From Acidimicrobiia bacterium (GTDB lineage Bacteria; Actinomycetota; Acidimicrobiia; IMCC26256; DASPTH01): DNA of 64,000 nucleotides. The DNA lies in the NCBI GenBank assembly GCA_036502765.1, contig DASXXX010000031.1, forward strand, positions 56,696-120,695, written 5' to 3'. Under the pieces are notes generated by a model. It was not told the DNA's origin. It was given only the letters and a program-made list of their open reading frames with translations, and did no database searches. The position numbers and the translations under genes were made by a program. This document shows, in pieces, positions 8,984 to 17,393 of the stretch (position 1 is its first letter; each line of letters begins with the position of its first letter).

Positions 8984-9550
8984 TCAGCGCACCGCGACGG
9001 AATCCCAGAACGGTGCCCACGTCGAAAATGACTCGGGGAGCCGATTCGTCGTGATCGGATCGACGTCCGGTTCCATGCCGGCGCCGGGAGCTGGGCGCGT
9101 GAGTGCGTCAGTCTGGTACCACCGGTAGAACCTTCGCCGTTCGAATGCCCACGCCCCGTCGGTGCGGCGATAGGTGTCGTGGTACTGCAGCATCCCGACC
9201 TTCCACTCGCCGGTGTCGGGACATTCGACCTCGTCTCGGCAGTAGACGATGCCGTGCGCTCGGTCGTTGGCGTCGAAGTCGATGATGTGGTTCGCGACGA
9301 CGTGGACAGATGTTCGTACCTTGGTCATCGCGTCGGTGAACCATTCACGCAACGCTTCGCGGCCGGTCGCGGTGGCACCGACGCGTACGTCGGGCACGAA
9401 CAGCGTCACCAACATCGCGATGTCGCGCGAATCCAGCGCGAGTGCGTACCGCGGGGGGAGTTGGCGGATCGCAGCCAGCGATTCGAGCCGGTCGACACGA
9501 GCGTCGAGTGTCGCAGGCTCCCAGGTTCCGAGCTCCTGCTCGGGGGTCAT
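8984..9550 (-). CDS. NTF2-like / SnoaL-like fold protein
   Basis: 188 aa read from ATG 9550, which forms an ATGA overlap with the upstream stop. The pattern LPPRYALALDSRD...VHVVANHIIDFD...GIVYCRDE...DGAWAFERRRF is typical of SnoaL_4/ring-hydroxylating beta-subunit-like proteins. Confidence 0.75.
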   Translation of the reverse strand: MTPEQELGTWEPATLDARVDRLESLAAIRQLPPRYALALDSRDIAMLVTLFVPDVRVGATATGREALREWFTDAMTKVRTSVHVVANHIIDFDANDRAHGIVYCRDEVECPDTGEWKVGMLQYHDTYRRTDGAWAFERRRFYRWYQTDALTRPAPGAGMEPDVDPITTNRLPESFSTWAPFWDSVAVR

Positions 9551-10860
9551 TTCCCCCCGGTCATGACTGGTCCCATCCGCAGCTTCATGTCGCCGAACGT
9601 GATCGGTTTGCTGCCGGGCTTCGGGGCTCGTCCGGCTGCCACCTTCGGCGCGGAGAGGTCGCGGTCGCTGACCCGCTCGCGGAGCGCGCCGACCGTGCAC
9701 GCGTCGCGTCCGAGGCGGTCGACGGCGTCGTAGTGGAATCGCCGCGCGGCGTTCTGCCAACAGATGGCATCGACGTCCGCTTGGCTGCATCCTTCGAGCT
9801 GGGCGGCGAGCTGTTCTGCGGCGTCGGGCCAGGAGCTGTCGGAGTGGGGATAGTCCATCTCCCAACAGATCGTCCCGATCCCGATCTCGTCGCGGAGGCC
9901 GACACCGATGCGATCGCGGATGAAGCAGGCGAGGAAGTTGCGGCGGAACACGTCGGTGGGTGTGAGACCGTTGCCGAGGTCGTCGCCCGTCCAAGCCCGC
10001 TGCCGGGCATACGTGTCCTCGAGGCGTTCGAGCACGAAGGGAATCCAGCCGATGCCGCCCTCCGACATCGCGAACGTCAGCGTCGGGAATTCCTGGATCA
10101 CGCGGGAGAAGAGCAGGTCGGACGCGAACCGGACGGTGTCGATCGCGACGATCGCATTGAACGTCAGGTAGTTGGTCATGTCGGAGGGGACCGGTGCACC
10201 ACCCCCGGTGCCGATGTGGATGTTCACCACGGAGTCTTCGTCACTGCAGGCTGCCCACAGCGGATCCCAGTGAGGGTCCTGCCACGGTGGGCCGCCGTAC
10301 GTACCGATGTGCTGCGGCACGGTGATCGCTCGACAGCCGTTCGCGGCGAGGCGCCGGACTTCCGCCGCCGCGAGGTGCGGATCCCACAACGGCACGATGC
10401 CGAGTGGGATGAAGCGGTCGGGATACGCGCCACACCAGTCCTCGAGGTGCCAGTCGTTGTACGCCCGCACCATCACCTCTGAGACGTCGCGTTCGCCGTG
10501 CACCGTGAACATCGCTCCGGAGATGGTGGGGAACGAGGGGAAGCACAGCGAGGCGAGTACGCCGGCGACGTCCATGTCCTTGACCCGCTCGTGGATGTCG
10601 TAACAACCGGCCCGCATGTCGTCGAAACGTGTGGGTTCGAATCCCCATTCGTCATTCGGCCGGCCGGCCACGGCGTTGAGGCCGATGTTCGGAAGGCGCG
10701 CGCCCGCGTACTCCCAGGCGGAATCGCCGTTGTCGTCGACGATCACTCGGGGGGCTTGGTCGCGATAGCGCGCCGAGACCCTCCCCTCGAACATGTCGGG
10801 CGGTTCCACAGTGTGGTCGTCGATGCTGATCAGGACCAGATCGAGAGGTTCAATGCTCAT
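9547..10860 (-). CDS. Amidohydrolase-2 family metal-dependent hydrolase
   Basis: The N-terminus MSIEPLDLVLISIDDHTVEPPDMFEGRV matches this family's typical N-terminus. I chose ATG 10860 as the start; the upstream 28 codons of the ORF run into the AT-rich promoter island. Confidence 0.85.
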   Translation of the reverse strand: MSIEPLDLVLISIDDHTVEPPDMFEGRVSARYRDQAPRVIVDDNGDSAWEYAGARLPNIGLNAVAGRPNDEWGFEPTRFDDMRAGCYDIHERVKDMDVAGVLASLCFPSFPTISGAMFTVHGERDVSEVMVRAYNDWHLEDWCGAYPDRFIPLGIVPLWDPHLAAAEVRRLAANGCRAITVPQHIGTYGGPPWQDPHWDPLWAACSDEDSVVNIHIGTGGGAPVPSDMTNYLTFNAIVAIDTVRFASDLLFSRVIQEFPTLTFAMSEGGIGWIPFVLERLEDTYARQRAWTGDDLGNGLTPTDVFRRNFLACFIRDRIGVGLRDEIGIGTICWEMDYPHSDSSWPDAAEQLAAQLEGCSQADVDAICWQNAARRFHYDAVDRLGRDACTVGALRERVSDRDLSAPKVAAGRAPKPGSKPITFGDMKLRMGPVMTGGK

Positions 10861-10866
10861 GGATGC

Positions 10867-10898
10867 ACTGTAAGACAAACAATGTACAGAAGTACAGT
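10867..10898. promoter_or_regulatory. 32-bp AT-rich divergent promoter/operator element (copy 1)
   Basis: ACTGTAAGACAAACAATGTACAGAAGTACAGT is 27/32 identical to 32181-32212. The ends are reverse-complementary TAnnnT-like hexamers, and the internal palindrome is TGTAC-AGAA-GTACA. Confidence 0.55.
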
Positions 10899-10985
10899 CT
10901 CGGAGGGCGCGTCGCAGCACCTCGGAGCGGTGGTACGAAAGCACATGTCGTGTGTTAGCGTCCCGCCGCCGTCAGAGGCACGCTC

Positions 10986-11444
10986 GTGAATGGGGGAGCC
11001 ATGGGAACGAACCCGACCGGAGGGTCGTCGCAGGATCCAGTCGAGCTCCGGCCGCTGTGCCGCGCGACCTACGAGCTCGGCGCCACGGCAACGGTGTCGA
11101 ACGGCCCACTCGGAACCCGCCTGGTGAGCGAGATCGCAGCGGCACGGTTCGAAGGCGAACGGTTCCGCGCGTCTCTGGTCGGATCAGTGGCGGCCGACTG
11201 GGCCACCATCGAGCCGGACGGCAGGATCTGCATCGACGTCCGACTCACCCTGCAGACCGATGACGGTGCGGTTGTGCTCGTGACCTACCAGGGTCGCGGT
11301 GACGCCGCGACCGGGACGTCGTACTCCGCGCCGCTCTTCGAGACGGGCGACGAACGGTACGCGTGGTTGACGCGCATTCAAGCCGTGGGGAAGAGCACCT
11401 TCGACGGCGTCGAGCTGCACTTCGAGATGTTCGAACTGGTCTGA
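10986..11444 (+). CDS. DUF3237-family beta-barrel protein
   Basis: 152 aa. The segment GPLGTRLVSEIAAARFEGERFRASLVGSVAADWATIEPDGRICIDVRLTLQTDDGAVVLVTYQGR matches my recollection of the DUF3237 pattern. The exact start is uncertain (10986 or 11001). Confidence 0.7.
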   Translation: MNGGAMGTNPTGGSSQDPVELRPLCRATYELGATATVSNGPLGTRLVSEIAAARFEGERFRASLVGSVAADWATIEPDGRICIDVRLTLQTDDGAVVLVTYQGRGDAATGTSYSAPLFETGDERYAWLTRIQAVGKSTFDGVELHFEMFELV

Positions 11445-11469
11445 ACGCCCCAGAGGAGTGTCGTTCCGG

Positions 11470-12999
11470 TCAGCTCCAGCTGAGACTCTTGACCTCGGTG
11501 AACGTCTCGAACCCGAGGTGGCCCCACTCGCGGCCGATGCCGCTCTGTTTGAACCCGCCGAACGCACCCGACTGACCGATGCCGGCGGGCGTCGAACCCC
11601 AACCCGGTCCCTGGCCACCACCGGGACCGAGATCGCCTGAGGAGGACGCGCCGACGCCTTGGGCGCTCATCAAACCAGCCCGGATCCGGCGGGCGACATT
11701 GAACGCCCGCGCGGTACTCGCCGCGATGACGCGCCCGCCGAGCCCGTAGATCGAGTCGTTGGCCCGGCGCACCGCGTCGGTGTCGCTGCCCGAGTACGGG
11801 ATCACGGTGAGCACGGGACCGAAGATCTCTTCCTGCGCGATGCGCATGTCGTTGGTGCCGATCAGCACGGTGGGTTCGTAGAAGAAGCCGCGGTCGATGC
11901 CTTCCGGTCGGCGTCCTCCACAGACGAGCTCGGCGCCCTCGGCAATGCCGGCAGCGACCAGTGCTTCCACCTTGGCGCGTTGCTGCTCGCGAATCAGTGG
12001 CCCGAGCGTGGTCGTCGAATCGGTCGGATCACCGATCCGGACGTGAGCGCGCGCTTCCTCCACGCCATCGCGGTACGCGTCGAGCAGGTGCTCGGGGAGC
12101 AGCAGGCGCGTCTGCAGCACACATCCCTGGCCGCAGTGCATCAGCACTTCGCCGAACCCGATCGAGCGTGCGTAGTCCTCGCCGACGTCATCAAGGACCA
12201 CGTGAGCCGACTTGCCGCCGAGCTCGAGGTGCAGCCGCTTCATCGTCTCGGCACCCACGGCCATGATGCTCTTGCCCGTTGCAGTCGAGCCGGTCATCGT
12301 GATCATGTCGACGAGCGGATTCGTCGTGAGCTCCGTGCCGACCGCGACGTGGCCCGTGATCACGTTGAGGACACCCGGGGGCAGATCGGCATCGATCGCC
12401 GCCTGTGCGATCATGAACGCGTCGAGCGGCGTCCACGGGTGCGGTTTCAACACCACGGTGCAGCCGGCGGCAAGCGCAGGCGCGGTCTTGAGCACGTTCA
12501 GCATGAACGGGTAGTTGAACGGCGTGATCGCGCCGACGACGCCGACCGGTTCCCGCAGGATGGCTCGCCCGCTCATCCCCGTGGGTCCGGCGGTGGGCGG
12601 GTCGACCTCCATCCACTCGAAACCCTGCTCCGCGAGCGCCGCATTCGACTCGAACATGCCGATGGCGCCACCTGCCTGCACGTAGTCGGTCAGGACACCC
12701 ACGGTCCCGGTCTCGGCGACCACGAGCTCTCGGAGCTCGGCGGCGCGGGCCGTGAGTGCGTCACCCATGCGGCGCAGCGCGGCGGCGCGTTCCGCCGGCT
12801 TCATCCAGGGCCAGGGGCCTTCGTCGAAGGCAGCGCGTGCGGCAGCGATGGCCCGCGCCGCGTCCTTGGGCGTCGCGTCGGGAACGGAACCGATGACTGC
12901 TTCCGTGGCCGGGTTGAGGACCTCGATCGGCGTGCCGCCGGCTTCGCCCGGATCCCAGGTCCCGTCGATGAAGAGGTCGAAGTCCCATCGTGTGCTCAT
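11470..12999 (-). CDS. NAD(P)-dependent aldehyde dehydrogenase
   Basis: FNYPFMLNVLKTAPALAAGCTVVLKP, ELGGKSAHVV and the catalytic-Cys region MHCGQGCVLQTRLL. Start trimmed to ATG 12999 (MSTRWDFDLFIDG). Confidence 0.9.
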   Translation of the reverse strand: MSTRWDFDLFIDGTWDPGEAGGTPIEVLNPATEAVIGSVPDATPKDAARAIAAARAAFDEGPWPWMKPAERAAALRRMGDALTARAAELRELVVAETGTVGVLTDYVQAGGAIGMFESNAALAEQGFEWMEVDPPTAGPTGMSGRAILREPVGVVGAITPFNYPFMLNVLKTAPALAAGCTVVLKPHPWTPLDAFMIAQAAIDADLPPGVLNVITGHVAVGTELTTNPLVDMITMTGSTATGKSIMAVGAETMKRLHLELGGKSAHVVLDDVGEDYARSIGFGEVLMHCGQGCVLQTRLLLPEHLLDAYRDGVEEARAHVRIGDPTDSTTTLGPLIREQQRAKVEALVAAGIAEGAELVCGGRRPEGIDRGFFYEPTVLIGTNDMRIAQEEIFGPVLTVIPYSGSDTDAVRRANDSIYGLGGRVIAASTARAFNVARRIRAGLMSAQGVGASSSGDLGPGGGQGPGWGSTPAGIGQSGAFGGFKQSGIGREWGHLGFETFTEVKSLSWS

Positions 13000-13061
13000 C
13001 GTGTGCCTCGTTCTCGGCGCCGGCGTCGGCCACCGGCGGACGGTTGAGAATCGGAGAGAGG

Positions 13062-14336
13062 TCAGCCGACCTCGGAGGTGTCGCCCTTCACCTTGGAGAA
13101 GTGGTTCGTGCACGTGTACGGCACGGCGACGGTCCAAGCCGAACCGTCGGCGTCCTTGACCATTGCCGCGCAGTAGGTGTTCAGCGCTTGGAACCCCCTG
13201 GGGAACTGGGTGGGGCCCACTGCGTTCGGAATGGCGTAGGTCATGTGCGCCGCGGCGTTCTGCACCGCCTCGCGGGTGAGGTGCTCGAGACCAGCCTTCT
13301 TCACGGCCTTGATGAAGAAATCGGCAGAGAAGTAGCCAACGGCCATCGTGGTGGAGGGCTTGGCGTCAGGCTTGAACGCCTTGATGTCCGCCACCATCGC
13401 GTCGGTTCCCGCCGAGTGCTGCTCGAACGGAGCGATCGGTGCGACGGCGTACGTTCCCGCCAGCGGCTTGAGCAACGCGTCGGCGTAGAGCGACGTGATG
13501 ATCGTGCCCTGGTAGCCCGCAGCGGTCAGTGCCTTGGGCAGCCCCAGGGAGTCGCTGACACCGGACGCGATCCACACCACATCGGGGCCTTTCCCGCCGT
13601 TCGATGCCAGGATCTGCTGCGCATACGGCGAGTAGTCGCCCACGACCGCAGGGGGTGCAGGAAGGCTGTGCTTGGCCCAGACCACCTTGAAACCGCTTCC
13701 GGTGGCCTGTGCGATGAACGACTGCATCGCAGTGTTTCCAGACGCGCTGTCGGTGCCGATCCCGGCGATCGTGGGATGCTTGATGTCCAGCGTGTCGGTC
13801 GCGTACTTGAACGCTGTGCCCGCGGCGAAGTCAGGCACCACCTTCGGACTGGGCGGCAGGACACAGCCATCGAAACCGAGCCCGTAGAGCTGGTCGCCGG
13901 TTCCGCAGTAGCTCTTGTCGAAGCCCCATCCGAAGTACGGCACCTTCTTCAGGTTCAGGTAGTCGCCCGGAGCCGTCGACGAGACCATGGGAACGATCGC
14001 GAACACACCATCCTGCTCGACGAGTCGACGCGCCTCGTTGACGGACGTCGTCGCATCCGACTTGTCGTCGGCGAACTCGCCGAAGTCGATCTTGACGCCC
14101 TTCAACTCGTTGGTGTCGTTCGCCTTCTCGAACCGCGCTTGGGCACCGACTGCAGCGTCCGCGAAGTTCGTCGCGAACCCCAGCCCCGACACCTTGATGG
14201 TCTTGCCATCGAACCCCGGCGTCTGTGGCGCAGTGCCTGCGCCCGCGACGCCGACCGCGGTGGCCAGAAGCCCGATCACGATGACGAATGAGATCGCGAA
14301 CTTCGCGCGTGCGCTCTTCCTGCTCGTGGTTGTCAC
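13062..14336 (-). CDS. ABC transporter substrate-binding protein, LivK family (paralog 2)
   Basis: 424 aa with the signal-like segment FAISFVIVIGLLATAVGVAGAG. Collinear with 2937..4223, sharing blocks such as DDKSDATTSVNEARRLVEQ and QSFIAQATGSG. Confidence 0.9.
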   Translation of the reverse strand: MTTTSRKSARAKFAISFVIVIGLLATAVGVAGAGTAPQTPGFDGKTIKVSGLGFATNFADAAVGAQARFEKANDTNELKGVKIDFGEFADDKSDATTSVNEARRLVEQDGVFAIVPMVSSTAPGDYLNLKKVPYFGWGFDKSYCGTGDQLYGLGFDGCVLPPSPKVVPDFAAGTAFKYATDTLDIKHPTIAGIGTDSASGNTAMQSFIAQATGSGFKVVWAKHSLPAPPAVVGDYSPYAQQILASNGGKGPDVVWIASGVSDSLGLPKALTAAGYQGTIITSLYADALLKPLAGTYAVAPIAPFEQHSAGTDAMVADIKAFKPDAKPSTTMAVGYFSADFFIKAVKKAGLEHLTREAVQNAAAHMTYAIPNAVGPTQFPRGFQALNTYCAAMVKDADGSAWTVAVPYTCTNHFSKVKGDTSEVG

Positions 14337-14384
14337 TCGGTTCCCCCCGATCGACGCATCCGACCGCGACCAGCGGTCGGAGCA

Positions 14385-14418
14385 ACAAGACGTTCGATGT
14401 GTAGTTGTGCAGACACAA
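14385..14418. promoter_or_regulatory. AT-rich island upstream of a P450 gene, between divergent genes
   Basis: ACAAGACGTTCGATGTG (14385-14401) recurs with small indels at 41757-41776. It is followed by the palindrome TTGTG-CAGA-CACAA (14405-14418). Confidence 0.4.
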
Positions 14419-14495
14419 CATAGCCCGATCCCGTGGGTATGACCGGTCGCGTCAGGTCCCCACGAGGTGGTGGCATTAAGACATCAGGCGTTCTA

Positions 14496-15710
14496 ATGTC
14501 TCCCGGCATGGAGACGCTCGCGGAACGATTCGACGAACCCGCCTTCTACCTGCGTGATCCCCACGCCACCTACCGCCGGCTCCGGGCCGAGGACCCCGTG
14601 CACTGGTACGACGAGGGCCAGTTCTGGGTCATCACCAAGTACGACGACATCAAGTACATCTCGACGCATCCGTTGTTGTTCTCGTCGAAGGACATCGCGA
14701 TCATCTCGGGCCTCGTCGACCGACGTCACGGCGTTCCGAAGACCCCGATGCAGGAAAGTCCGGCCGTGATGTTCATGGACCCACCGGAACACGGTCCGTA
14801 CCGCAAGGTGGTCAGCCACCGCTTCACGCCGAAGGAAGTGGGCGCGCTCGACGATCACGTGCGCACGGTGATCCGTGAACTCGTGCAGGGGCTCCCGGAC
14901 GGCAAGTTCGACCTGGTCGAGCAGGTGGCAGAGCCGGTGCCGGTGTTCGTGTTCTCGAAGTTGCTCGGCATCCCCGCGAGCGAATGGCACCAGGTCGTGG
15001 AGTGGGCGACCATCATCACGAATCTGGGCTCGGGGCAGGGCACCCAAGACGACATGGATCTCGTCATGAACGTGGTCGGGCCGTACCTGTGGCAGCTGAC
15101 GATGGACCGGCGCGCCGATCCGACCGACGACCTGTTGTCCCTGCTGACGCAGGCAGAGTTCGACGGCCGGCCCCTCAACGAGGGGGAGATCATCGGATAC
15201 GCGACGACCCTCCTGGCGGCCGGAAGCGAGACGACCCAGAGCCTCATCGGCGGCTTGGGTCACGTCCTCACCCACTTCCCGGAGCAGGCCGACGAGTTCT
15301 TCGCCGATCCCAGCCTCTCGCTGGCGATGGTGGAGGAGACCATGCGTTGGTGGACGCCGGTGATGAGCATGGCCCGCGAAGCGACCGCGGACGTTGCCCT
15401 CCGCGACAAGGTGATCCGCAAGGGTGACGGTGTGCTCCTCCTCTACTCGGCTGCCAATCGCGACGAGGAACGCTGGGGCGACGACGCGGAAGAGTTCGTC
15501 CTTCGGCGCCCGGACGCGTCAGGCCAACTCGGCTTCGGCATCGGGGAGCACTTCTGCATGGGCGCGCACCTCGCCCGACGCGAAGCCCGCATCCTCCTGG
15601 AAGAGTTCGCGGCGCGGGGTCGACGACTCGACCCGGTCGGCGAAGGAGAGCTGCGATCGTCGACGTTGATCCACACCTACGACCGGCTGCCAGTCGAACT
15701 GGTGCGCTGA
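14496..15710 (+). CDS. Cytochrome P450
   Basis: Heme-ligand motif FGIGEHFCMGAHLAR and I-helix LLAAGSETT. I chose ATG 14496 as the start because upstream codons have low GC3 and because similarity to the paralog begins at ..SP(G/D). Confidence 0.9.
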   Translation: MSPGMETLAERFDEPAFYLRDPHATYRRLRAEDPVHWYDEGQFWVITKYDDIKYISTHPLLFSSKDIAIISGLVDRRHGVPKTPMQESPAVMFMDPPEHGPYRKVVSHRFTPKEVGALDDHVRTVIRELVQGLPDGKFDLVEQVAEPVPVFVFSKLLGIPASEWHQVVEWATIITNLGSGQGTQDDMDLVMNVVGPYLWQLTMDRRADPTDDLLSLLTQAEFDGRPLNEGEIIGYATTLLAAGSETTQSLIGGLGHVLTHFPEQADEFFADPSLSLAMVEETMRWWTPVMSMAREATADVALRDKVIRKGDGVLLLYSAANRDEERWGDDAEEFVLRRPDASGQLGFGIGEHFCMGAHLARREARILLEEFAARGRRLDPVGEGELRSSTLIHTYDRLPVELVR

Positions 15711-15740
15711 CCCGTCCGGCGGCCTCGCGAAAGGGTCTTC

Positions 15741-17378
15741 ATGTCCCTCGACGTTCCGCTGCGTGCTCCGAGCCCGGAGCTGCAGCACCGATACCGGGCT
15801 GAGCACCTGTGGCTCGACCGATCACTCGGAGGGTTCTTCGACGACTACCTCGCACGGGGCGCCGATCTCGAGGTCCGGTTCTGGTCCGAGACCGCGCCGT
15901 ACCGGGGAACGTTCGGTGACGTGCACCGGGAGGCGCGACGCTTCGCTGGCGGGCTCCAAGCCCGGGGGATAGCGATCGGCGATGTCGTGACCTATCAATT
16001 GCCGAACCGGGTCGAGGCGATGATCGCGCTCTACGGCGCGGCGATGGCGGGCGCGGTCGTCGTTCCCGTGGTCCACTTCTACGGCCCGAAGGAGCTGCAG
16101 TTCATCCTCGAGCAGCTCGGGGCGAGGGTGCACCTCACGACTGCAACCTTCGGCTCGTCCCGGTACCTGGATGCGCTCGACGGGTTCCGCACTGACGTGG
16201 CAACGCTGGAACACATCGTGCTGGTGGGTGACGGTACGGCGCCGTGGACGGAGCCTTTTGCCGACGTGCTCAGCGCGGCACCGCTTGACGATCTCCCGTC
16301 GACGGATCCGATGGCTCCGGCGATCATCGGCTACACGTCGGGTACCACGTCAGATCCGAAGGGCGTGGTCCATGTGGCGAACTCCTTCGTCGCCGAGGCC
16401 CTTCAGATGAAGGACTACGACGTCGGCCGGTCGCGGCCCTTGCTCACCGGTGCGCCTCTGGCTCATGCAATGGGGATCACCGGGGGAGCGGTGCTGCCGC
16501 TCATGCGGCACGAGCCGTCGCACCTCGTCGACCGCTGGGAACCTGATCGTGTCTTGGCGATCATGCTCGAAGCGGGCCTGTCGTCAGGGAGTGGAGCGAC
16601 CTACTTCCTCACCAGCCTCTTCGACGCTGCGACCTTCACGCCGGCTCATGCCGAGATCATGGAGGGGGTCGGTCTCGGGGGATCAACGGTCCCCGGCGCG
16701 GTGTGCGACCGGGCCGAGGATCTCGGCGTGGTGGCCGTCCGTTCGTACGGTTCGACCGAACATCCGACGTCGATCGGCGCCGTTCGGAGCGACACGCCGG
16801 AGCACCGCAAGTACACGGAAGGACGGCCGCTCGCGGGTTGTGAAGTGCGGATCGTCGACGACGCCGGGCGTGACATCTCTGATGGAGTCGCCGGGGAGAT
16901 CCTCAGCCGCGGGCCCGACCTCTTCTTCGGGTACGTCGATCCGATGCTGACCCGAACTGCGCTCGACCGTGACGGGTGGTACCACACCGAGGACCTCGCG
17001 ATCCGCGACCCCGACGGCTACATCACGATCGCCGATCGGAAGAAGGACATCATCATCCGCGGCGGTGAGAACATCAGCGCGAGTGAGGTCGAGGAGATCC
17101 TCCAGCGCATGCCGGGCGTCTCTGAGGTTGCGGTCGTCGCAGCACCCGACGACCGCCTGGGGGAGCGCGGTTGCGCGTTCGTGGCCCCGATCCTCGGACG
17201 AACCCCACCTTCGCTCGAAGATGTACGCGCGCACTTCCGCGAGAGCGGTGTCGCGCGTCAGAAGTGGCCAGAGGAACTCCGAGTCGTCGATCAGTTCCCG
17301 CGCACACCGTCGGGGAAGATCAAGAAGCAGGTGCTCCGCGCGGAACTCCAGGACCGAGCGAGGTCGACGACCTCGTGA
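15741..17378 (+). CDS. AMP-dependent acyl-CoA synthetase/ligase
   Basis: AMP-binding motif IIGYTSGTTSDPKGVVH, then GWYHTEDLAIRDPDGYITIADRKKDIIIRGGENI, with a C-terminal PRTPSGKIKK. Confidence 0.9.
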   Translation: MSLDVPLRAPSPELQHRYRAEHLWLDRSLGGFFDDYLARGADLEVRFWSETAPYRGTFGDVHREARRFAGGLQARGIAIGDVVTYQLPNRVEAMIALYGAAMAGAVVVPVVHFYGPKELQFILEQLGARVHLTTATFGSSRYLDALDGFRTDVATLEHIVLVGDGTAPWTEPFADVLSAAPLDDLPSTDPMAPAIIGYTSGTTSDPKGVVHVANSFVAEALQMKDYDVGRSRPLLTGAPLAHAMGITGGAVLPLMRHEPSHLVDRWEPDRVLAIMLEAGLSSGSGATYFLTSLFDAATFTPAHAEIMEGVGLGGSTVPGAVCDRAEDLGVVAVRSYGSTEHPTSIGAVRSDTPEHRKYTEGRPLAGCEVRIVDDAGRDISDGVAGEILSRGPDLFFGYVDPMLTRTALDRDGWYHTEDLAIRDPDGYITIADRKKDIIIRGGENISASEVEEILQRMPGVSEVAVVAAPDDRLGERGCAFVAPILGRTPPSLEDVRAHFRESGVARQKWPEELRVVDQFPRTPSGKIKKQVLRAELQDRARSTTS

Positions 17379-17393
17379 GCATCCGGTGGCCGT

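Noticed and set aside
10867-10898. Assignment of the AT-rich motifs to known operators: KstR TnnAACnnGTTnnA, KstR2 AnCAAGnnCTTGnT, LexA/SOS boxes (CTGT-N8-ACAG or TCGAAC-N4-GTTCGA) and the Cheo box GAAC-N4-GTTC
   Set aside because: The spacings and half-sites do not fit any of these consensus sequences when compared base by base. Only loose resemblance remains (AAC/GTT, CTGT/ACAG), so no named regulator is claimed.
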